Below, piece by piece: positions 56,694 through 64,000 of a stretch of DNA of 64,000 bases. Each line of letters starts with the position of its first letter. Within the stretch, counting starts at the first letter, position 1. The notes under the pieces are model-generated. The model made no database searches. It was not told the origin of the DNA and saw only the letters and a program-made list of their open reading frames with translations. A program made the translations under genes and the position numbers. The DNA is from Calditrichia bacterium (GTDB lineage Bacteria > Calditrichota > Calditrichia > JAJRVZ01). The stretch spans positions 896,001 through 960,000 of the forward strand of contig CAVZSQ010000022.1 of assembly GCA_963777955.1 (NCBI GenBank), in the 5' to 3' direction.

Positions 56694-57449
56694 ATGAAAG
56701 TATTAACACTGACTGCAATTCTGGTTATTCTTTTCATTTGTCCCGGCCTGGCACAACAAGCACAAATATATGATAATCGCCCGAAGATAACAGTGAACGG
56801 TGAAGCCGTCGTTCGCGTGAATCCTGACAAAATAGTTGTATCGCTGGGTATCGAGACCTGGGATGCAGATATCATGCTGGCTAAACAGAAAAACAGCAAT
56901 ATTTTAAAGAAGGCCATAGCAGCAATCAAAGAGCTGGGCATTGCGGATAAGGACATCCAGACAGACTACCTATCAGTTGAACCCCGCTACAAGGATGAAT
57001 ACGACAAGGAGCATTTTATCGGCTATTTTGTACGGAATATATTTGCGGTGACCATTTCCGAACCAGGCAAAGTTGAGGAACTGGTCACCAGGATTCTGCA
57101 AACAGGTGTGCAATATATCCACGGTATCGATTTCCAGACAACTGAATTCAAGAAGTATCGTGAAAAGGCCAGGGATCTGGCGCTAAAGGCCGCCAAAGAA
57201 AAGGCGGAAAAAATGGCCGGTGCGCTTGAGCAATCCGTCGGGGCGCCAATTGAGATAAATGAGAACTATAGCGGATCTCCCTGGGGATATTATTCCAGCT
57301 GGTCTGGCTGGGGCTACAACCGCAATTATGGTATGTCGCAGAATGTGCTGCAGGAAGTTCAGGGCGGCGGCAGCGAAATATCGGATACAATTGCCTTGGG
57401 GAAAATCTCCATCCGGGCCAATGTGTCGGTCACCTTTGGATTGAAATAG
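56694..57449 (+). CDS. SIMPL (YggE/BP26) domain protein
   Basis: Signal peptide, ITV.G.A....PD, DIQT....P.Y, A...AK.KA..MA, A.V.V.F. Confidence 0.88.
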   Translation: MKVLTLTAILVILFICPGLAQQAQIYDNRPKITVNGEAVVRVNPDKIVVSLGIETWDADIMLAKQKNSNILKKAIAAIKELGIADKDIQTDYLSVEPRYKDEYDKEHFIGYFVRNIFAVTISEPGKVEELVTRILQTGVQYIHGIDFQTTEFKKYREKARDLALKAAKEKAEKMAGALEQSVGAPIEINENYSGSPWGYYSSWSGWGYNRNYGMSQNVLQEVQGGGSEISDTIALGKISIRANVSVTFGLK

Positions 57450-57708
57450 ATAATTTCCGGAGGGAATGGCCATGCGGACATCGAGCCTGGTCTGGATGTC
57501 CGGAGAATAGAGCAGGCAGGCACGGATTTTATATCTAAAATTCCCCTGACCTTTGACAAAACAGACCACTTGACGCCAGGCTGGTGAATATGCTCAGGTT
57601 TCAAAATAATTTTAAGTTTATTGAAATTGGATATTACTTTGATTTTTATTATAATCATATCATATCATCTATCGCCAGTATCAAAATTAAGATAAGGAGA
57701 ATCAGAAA

Positions 57709-58089
57709 ATGGCAGCTTATGTCGGTTCCATCGAGAGGGCCAGCGAAAAGAATAAATACTTCCGCCAGGTTTTATTCACCGGTGAGCATCTGCAACTCGT
57801 GGTAATGTGTTTGCAACCGAAAGAAGAAATTGGCAATGAAGTGCACTCTGATGTCGACCAGTTCTTTCGCATCGAAGAGGGTGAGGCCCGATTCATCTTT
57901 GAGGAAAAGGAGAAGCATGTGGTCCAGGCCGGCGATGCGGTGGTGGTGCCGGCCGGTACTTTTCATAATGTGATCAACACTTCAGCGACCAAACCGCTGA
58001 AACTATACACCATATACACTCCGCCAAATCATCCGGAGGGGACGGTGCATAAGACCAAAGCCGAAGCGGAATCTGCCGAGCATCACTAA
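57709..58089 (+). CDS. Cupin domain protein
   Basis: QLVVM.L...EEIG.EVH..DQFF, VPAG..HN..N, LKLYT.Y.PP.H. Confidence 0.9.
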   Translation: MAAYVGSIERASEKNKYFRQVLFTGEHLQLVVMCLQPKEEIGNEVHSDVDQFFRIEEGEARFIFEEKEKHVVQAGDAVVVPAGTFHNVINTSATKPLKLYTIYTPPNHPEGTVHKTKAEAESAEHH

Positions 58090-58196
58090 AGATATCGGGT
58101 TCGGCGCTACCTGCCCCTAAGAACATTATGCGGGAAACAGCATAGGACATATATCCTGCACTGTTTTCCGTGCTGGAAGAATTACCCGCAAAAGCA

Positions 58197-58306
58197 AGAT
58201 TCCCGATTGCCTGCGGTCATACTTGTGTTCTGGAGGTCGGGAATGACACAGCACTGTCATCCCCGCAAAACGTGCGCTTTTTCTGATTATGATACAGGCG
58301 GGGATC
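58197..58306. repeat. GTCAT-type REP-like pair (tail-to-head)
   Basis: AGATTCCCGA...TCGGGAATGACA then TGTCATCCCCGC...GCGGGGATC. Confidence 0.7.
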
Positions 58307-58367
58307 AAAAAATCATGACGTAGGTCTTTAGCACCTGCGAATTTATTCTAAAAAAAAATATGTAATA

Positions 58368-58396
58368 TTGACCTGCGGAATAAATCCTGATATATT
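58368..58396 (+). promoter_or_regulatory. Putative sigma70 promoter
   Basis: TTGACC-N17-TATATT upstream of 58547. Confidence 0.4.
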
Positions 58397-58546
58397 ACCC
58401 CCACGAACATCATGCGTACCCCATTTGTGCCCTTATACTTTTGTTTAATAAAAAACCTGGCAAATTTTGGATTCATATCACGCTGTGAATGTACTTTTAG
58501 CAGGCAGCGTTGAAATTAAATACATTTTAAACAATAGGAGAAAAAT

Positions 58547-59428
58547 ATGAGAAAATTTTTATTGTCTTCAATGGCCTTTTACGCACTGTTTTTTATTATG
58601 AGCCACCCATTAAGTGCGCAGATAAATCCAAACGGAGGATTCGAGACCGGAACGCCCGGTGTACATACTGGTACTGAGGTAACCGGCTGGAATTTTCAAC
58701 TGGGTGGTACGGCTGCCGCCACGTTCAGAATAACCGCAGAAGCAGATTCTGTCCATTCAGGCAGCCAGGCCCTGCTGGTTACGGTAACCGCACTGGGCGG
58801 CAACGCCTGGGAACCGCAAGTTTTCAATACGGACTTTCCGGTAGCCTCCAATACCACCTATGCCGTTTCGGCCTGGGCTAAAGTCGACATCGAAGGAGCC
58901 ATGGCCAGTTTTACCATGGGCAGTCTGTCCCCCAATTATTACGAATGGGGCAGACAGGGTAATGTGGAACTGGGTTATGAATGGCAGCAAATCTCTTTTC
59001 AGGTTACTACCCGCGATCCCGAATCAGAGCCGCGGGGTGGTATTCCCATTCATTTCGGTCTGAGCGACAACCAGATTTATCTGCCGATTACATTTTTTCT
59101 GGATGATGTAGAGGTCAGCGTAGTCGGCGGTATGGATGAGGCCGAAGATAATGCTGAGGTACCTGATAAATATTTGCTGGCCCAGAATTATCCCAATCCG
59201 TTCAATCCGCAGACCACGATTGAATTCTCCCTGCCGGTAAGCGGGAACATCCATCTTTTACTTAGCGATATGTTGGGGCGGGTTGTTCAGGAAATAGCCA
59301 GCGGTAGTTACGATGCAGGTACACATCAGGTTACATTAAACCTGTCAAATCTGTCCAGCGGTATCTATTTCTATACATTGGAAGCGGGTTCGTTTATCAG
59401 TACAAAAAAATTGGTGCTGATGAAATAG
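58547..59428 (+). CDS. Secreted CBM4/9-like carbohydrate-binding protein with C-terminal secretion domain
   Basis: N.NGGFE.G, W..Q, Y.VS.WAK, EWQ...F, .DDV; LAQNYPNPFNP...SSGIYFY...KKLVLMK. Confidence 0.8.
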   Translation: MRKFLLSSMAFYALFFIMSHPLSAQINPNGGFETGTPGVHTGTEVTGWNFQLGGTAAATFRITAEADSVHSGSQALLVTVTALGGNAWEPQVFNTDFPVASNTTYAVSAWAKVDIEGAMASFTMGSLSPNYYEWGRQGNVELGYEWQQISFQVTTRDPESEPRGGIPIHFGLSDNQIYLPITFFLDDVEVSVVGGMDEAEDNAEVPDKYLLAQNYPNPFNPQTTIEFSLPVSGNIHLLLSDMLGRVVQEIASGSYDAGTHQVTLNLSNLSSGIYFYTLEAGSFISTKKLVLMK

Positions 59429-59438
59429 GATTGTATCT

Positions 59439-59466
59439 GTAGGGACAGGTCGCGACCTGTCCCTAC
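59439..59466. repeat. Perfect 28-bp GTAG-family REP palindrome
   Basis: GTAGGGACAGGTCG/CGACCTGTCCCTAC. Confidence 0.85.
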
Positions 59467-59486
59467 TCTACAACCATTATACAAAG

Positions 59487-59515
59487 TGTCATCCCGGGCT
59501 TGACCCGGGATGACA
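59487..59515. repeat. GTCAT-type REP hairpin
   Basis: TGTCATCCCGGG-CTTGA-CCCGGGATGACA. Confidence 0.8.
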
Positions 59516-59640
59516 ACTTTGGGCTATTGTTTGCATTGTTAATGATATGGGATTAATTTCCTGGATCATTTCCAGTGTTGGAACCGTAGATCTCCAGCAT
59601 GATCGATGTCTATTATTTAGGGAATAAGAGGAGGAATTTC

Positions 59641-60597
59641 ATGAAACGTCGTGAATTCATTAAAACGGCAACGGCCATTCCTATGCTCGGTACTTTACCG
59701 GCGAATCTGACCATGCTTAATAAAGATAAAACTAAGGGTGTACTGGAAAAACGTATTTTGGGTCGCACCGGTGAAAAATTATCCCTGCTTGGATTCGGCG
59801 GTATAGTTGTAATGGACGCCACCTCTGCCCAGGCAGACGAGCGCGTGGCCCGGGCCATTGAATACGGCGTGAACTATTTTGATGTGGCCCCCTCTTACGG
59901 CGATGCTGAAATAAAATTAGGTCCGGCACTGCAACCCTACCGTAAAAACGTTTTTCTGGCCTGCAAAACGCAGGAGCGCTCTAAAGAAGGTGCCCGTAAA
60001 GAATTGGAGCAGTCTTTAAAACATCTGCATACCGATCATCTCGATCTGTATCAATTGCATGCGGTGACCAATCTCGATGAAGTCGATACCATTTTCGCTG
60101 CAGGCGGAGCGCTGGAAACTTTCCAGCAGGCTAAAAAGGATGGCCAGATCAGATATATCGGCTTTTCAGCTCACTCGGTTGAAGCAGCAATGGCGCTGCT
60201 GGATCGCTTCGACTTTGATACCATCCTTTTTCCGCTTAATTTTCGTACCTGGTACGCCGGGAATTTTGGTCCGCAGGTACTGGACAAGGCCAAAGCAAAA
60301 CAGATGGGCATCCTGGCCCTTAAAGCCATGGCCAACGGTCCCTGGCCGGAAAATGCCGAAAATAAAACTCCCAAGTGCTGGTACGAACCATTGCAGGATC
60401 CGGAGCAGGCCTTGCTGGCCTTGCGCTTCACCCTGTCCCTGCCGGTGACGGCAGCACTGCCGCCGGGCAACGAAAATTTATATAAAATGGCGCTTGACCT
60501 GGGATTACGCTTTTCGCCATTGAATGATTTGGAATTGGAGACCATCAAAGAAAAAGCAAAAAACAGGGAACCGCTGTTTAAATATCCTCAGATATGA
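59641..60597 (+). CDS. Aldo/keto reductase with twin-arginine-like leader
   Basis: MKRREFIK leader; R.LGRTG, GVNYFD.A..YG, SL..L.TD.LDLYQLH, IGFSAH. Confidence 0.88.
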   Translation: MKRREFIKTATAIPMLGTLPANLTMLNKDKTKGVLEKRILGRTGEKLSLLGFGGIVVMDATSAQADERVARAIEYGVNYFDVAPSYGDAEIKLGPALQPYRKNVFLACKTQERSKEGARKELEQSLKHLHTDHLDLYQLHAVTNLDEVDTIFAAGGALETFQQAKKDGQIRYIGFSAHSVEAAMALLDRFDFDTILFPLNFRTWYAGNFGPQVLDKAKAKQMGILALKAMANGPWPENAENKTPKCWYEPLQDPEQALLALRFTLSLPVTAALPPGNENLYKMALDLGLRFSPLNDLELETIKEKAKNREPLFKYPQI

Positions 60598-60668
60598 TTT
60601 TGCGTGTTTGCTGTGTGGTTATTCAGTATTTCGATAAAAAATAGTAATATCAATTTAATAGGAATATG

Positions 60669-60749
60669 TTCCCCCTTAGAAAAGGGGGTAAGGGGGTTGT
60701 TTTATCTAATAAAAAAAACATCCCCCTAATCCCCTTTATTAAGGGGGAA
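60669..60749. repeat. C-run/G-run REP doublet
   Basis: TTCCCCCTT..AAGGGGG.AAGGGGG ... CCCCCTAATCCCCTT..AAGGGGGAA in inverted orientation. Confidence 0.75.
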
Positions 60750-60867
60750 TTAAATCGCTGTCAAAAAGTGCAAAATAAAAATCAAAGCTTACATTTATTC
60801 TAATTAAATAAAATTATAAAGTCAGCGTCTTACTTTATTTTTAAATCTAAACCTGAAGGAAAATGAA

Positions 60868-62790
60868 ATGAGGTCAAAGTACCCTGAAAAATCCGCCTGT
60901 CAATCACTCAGCCGTTGCCGATCATATTTCCGGACCGGATCATTGATTAAGTTGTCTTCTGTCAGTTTTTTCATTTTTTGTATGTTTTTAATTTCATTAC
61001 CTGCAACCGCCCAGCCGTCCGGCGGACCTTATGGTCCGCTGCAGCAAACCTATGATTTGCCGAAGGTGCAGGGCAAAATATATTTTGTTGCTGCCGATGG
61101 GCAACCGGCTGAATCCGGAGAAACACTAAGCAAACCAACCTCACTGGAAGCGGCCATTGAACGGGTCAAAACCGGCGATGCCATAGTGATGCGCGGCGGT
61201 ACCTATCGTACCGGTAACCTGTTGTTGAACCAGGGCATTACCATCCAGCCTTATCAGGACGAACAACCTGTATTGAAAGGCACCCTGGTGGCCAGAGAAT
61301 GGAGAAGGGTGGGGAACGGATTATGGAGCACCCCATGGTCGCATTTTTTCCCATCCCAGCCGGCAGACTGGTGGCAACGGGAAAGGTGGAGCGATATACC
61401 TTTGTACCGTTTCAACAACGATATGGTGTTCGTGGATGGACGGTTTCTGCAGGCAGCCGGCCGGGAAGGTGAAGTGGATGAGAACTCCTATTTCATCAAC
61501 TACGAGGCCGGACTGGTTTACATTGGTGTTGATCCGGCCAATCGCCTGGTGGAAATCACCGCCTTTGATGCCGCGCTGATCAGGACCACCGGGGAATGTC
61601 ATGGTAAAACTTCTGACGGTAAAGGACCGGTAATTCGCGGGATCACTTTCACCCAGTATGCCCACCGGGCCATCGAAATCGAGGGAACCGAACCGGAAGG
61701 TATATCTGCCGAAGTCTGCACATGGTAAAGAAGTGATAGGTGCCGTCTTTGAAAATTGCACTATTTCCTATTGTTCCCGGGTTGCAGCTTTCCTGCGGGG
61801 CGATAAGTTGATCATGCGGCATTGCAGGGTAAGCGATACCAGTACCGAAGGTGTTTACCTGATTGCTTCGAATGATGTTCTGCTTGAAAAAAATATCTTC
61901 ACCCGCAATAATATTGAAAATATTGACGGTTATTTTCCTGCGGCGGTGAAAATTTTCAATCAATGTCACCGCGTCACCTGCCGGGATAACCTGGTCATCG
62001 ATCTGCCCAATTCAAACGGTATCTGGTATGATGTGGGTAATGTCGATGGCGTGTTCATAAACAACTGGGTTCAGGACGTGGGTCGTATCGATCGGGAATT
62101 CCGCAATAACAGTTTGTGGCCCAGCGACAATGGTTTCTTTTTTGAAATCTCCACAGGGGCCATTTGCGCCGGAAATGTATTTGTGAATTGCGATCATGGG
62201 ATATTGGTACTCAACAGTTCCAATGTCCAGATGTACAATAACACGCTGGTCAACAGCATGGCCTGTATCGGGCGTACGGGCCGGGTAGCGGCCGGGGATG
62301 TTTTCGGCTGGCATGCCAGCAGCGGTCCGGATCTGGATAAACGCGATGGTCACATCTTTGTCAACAATCTGCTCAGCGGCGATGAGAATTTTAACAAACC
62401 ATTGCTGATGGTTTGGCAGCCGGCGCCGTTGTGTGAACAACTGAAAAATCCGCAGGTCAGGCAAATCGACAATAACATATATGTGCGCAGCACAATTAAA
62501 GATGTGCCCTTGATGTTATGGAGTCCCGCCGCCAATGAAAACTGCCAGCAGTTTTTTGGATCGCCGCAGGATTTAGCAGCAATTCATTCCGAATTCGAAG
62601 TCACATAGCCGTAATTTTGCCGGTTATGATGGATCGGTGTTCAAAAGCAGCGAGTTAGGCAATTACGAGTTATTGAAGTCGTTTCCTGGCGCGAAGTGCA
62701 GCCGCCGCGGTTCCCGCGGCAATCAGGAAAGTGCTTGGTCAGACTCAAAAGGATCTGCGTTATGTGGGAGCGTATCCGCCGCTGCCCTGA
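60868..62790 (+). CDS. Secreted right-handed parallel beta-helix protein (frameshifts near 61720, 62600 and 62695)
   Basis: GD.I.MRGG.Y, GIWYD, N.F.NC..G, NNT..N repeats; reconstructed end YVGAYPPLP-stop at 62790. Confidence 0.8.
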
Positions 62791-62816
62791 AACAAATTAA
62801 AGAGGAGGAACAAGTG

Positions 62817-63251
62817 ATGATAAAAAGAATATTGCGCTATGGTATAGTGTCGGGTATTATCATGGGCGTAGTTCTTTTTATTGGCGGAGCAATATTTTCA
62901 AGAATTATATATGGTCCTCAATTCGCTCCTCCAGGCAAATTCCAACCCGAACAAATAAATGCATTCTATTTTATCTGGACAAAAATTCTTATTGGTATTT
63001 TCTTCGGAATTTTATTTACATTTTTTTATGAAAAACTTCCTTTAGCAAAAAGATTAAGCAGTCCCTTTCAGGGTCTGCAGTATGGTTTCTGGTTATGGTT
63101 AATCATTACTCTCTGGGATATTTCTCATCCATTTGTTTATGGATCAATAAATAATAAGGATCAGCTATTCTGGTTGTTATACTCATTATGTGGTTTCCTG
63201 GCGTTAGGATTTGCCCTGGGTGCTTTTTATAAGCAAAGAAAATCAGGCTAA
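62817..63251 (+). CDS. Four-TM membrane protein
   Basis: GAGGAGG RBS before GTG/ATG; four hydrophobic segments. Confidence 0.65.
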   Translation: MIKRILRYGIVSGIIMGVVLFIGGAIFSRIIYGPQFAPPGKFQPEQINAFYFIWTKILIGIFFGILFTFFYEKLPLAKRLSSPFQGLQYGFWLWLIITLWDISHPFVYGSINNKDQLFWLLYSLCGFLALGFALGAFYKQRKSG

Positions 63252-63315
63252 CACTATTTTGCACGGGATGCTGCCGAACGCACTTGCGGTTACCAAATCT
63301 AATAAATCAAGAATA

Positions 63316-64000
63316 ATGTTAAACAATACACTTTCCAAAGATTTACATTATTTCCATCCTTCATTCTCAGTTATACTTGCCTGGTGCATATTATTGAGTG
63401 CCGGGAGTCTTTGGAGTCAGTCAAACGCTGATTCAACAAAAAAATGGGTGGGAACCTGGAGCACGGCACCACAGCTTGTGGAAACAGGAAATATGCCTCC
63501 TGCACCGGGTTTGACCAACAATTCATTGCGACAGGTCGTCCGGGTTTCAATCGGTGGAGACACTCTACGGGTAAGATTCTCCAATGAATTCAGCACAAGC
63601 CCCGTTACAATGAAATCTGTACAAATTGCCGTCTCAACCGGAGGCTGACACCATTAACGTATCCACCAATAAAGAATTGAAATTTAATGGTAACTCCGAG
63701 GTCACCATGAATGCAGGTGTTGCGGTTACTTCAGATCCAATTGCGTTCAATTTGACACCAAGGATGGATATAGCAATCACCATCTACTTTGGCCAAACCT
63801 CTACCACCGTGACCGGCCATCCCGGGTCTCGCACCACTTCCTATTTGTTAGCCGGAAACACGACTACTAGAACCGATTTTACTGGTGCTGTCACGACAGA
63901 TCATTGGTACAACATCAATGCGATTGATGTACTGGCACCGTCATCTGCGGCTTGTGTTGCAATTCTTGGCAACTCCATTACCGATGGACGAGGTTCAACA
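63316..64000 (+). CDS. Secreted SGNH/GDSL esterase (3' truncated by window; frameshift near 63646)
   Basis: WVGTW, LRQ.VR.SIGG..LRVR.SN.F, SDP, TGH; block I ILGNSITDG at the window end. Confidence 0.85.

Noticed and set aside
62637..62816. N-terminal extension of the 204-aa ORF
   Set aside because: It is the frameshifted tail of the beta-helix gene; the real start follows the RBS at 62814-62817
63246..63295. Integron attC site (GGCTAAC...GTTACCA) at a gene end; weaker case at 56161
   Set aside because: The left half resembles R''/L'' boxes but there is no complementary L' box, no repeated family and no integrase
18815..63650. Stop-codon readthrough or recoding at TGA (18821, 48631, 63646)
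   Set aside because: In each case the protein continues in a different frame, so these are indels rather than in-frame stops

Overview
64-kb bacterial chromosomal segment. Taxonomy is inferred as FCB-superphylum, possibly Calditrichota/KSB1-like, from the long-PPXD SecA, the NYPNPFNP-type C-terminal sorting domains and the many peptidases. 1-12 kb is housekeeping: secA, a TPR lipoprotein, gap-pgk-tpiA-secG-tRNA-Leu(GAG), a YugP-type peptidase, degP and dnaK. 12-19.5 kb encodes a DCC protein, a TPR/DUF3857/transglutaminase protein and an M1 peptidase. 19.5-35 kb is a surface-glycan cluster (Wzx, three GT4, GT2, YfhO, AsnB, two methyltransferases) interrupted by a secreted LamG-cohesin-dockerin-cohesin-CTD gene. 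35-45 kb holds outer-membrane proteins, an MqnA-like gene, clpC and a DMT transporter. 45-64 kb is an accessory run of co-oriented peptidase, CAZyme and small-protein genes. About 16 single-base frameshifts, including in tpiA and dnaK, are most likely assembly errors. No CRISPR array, integrase, transposase, prophage or reverse transcriptase was seen. The best leads are a four-Cys insert in SecA NBD2, an MqnA homolog with altered active-site motifs, the cohesin+dockerin protein, a decayed copy of a pepC segment lying upstream of the REP-flanked pepC gene, a zinc-ribbon/CPBP protease pair, and four coexisting REP-like palindrome families. None of these is demonstrated to be a novel system from sequence alone.
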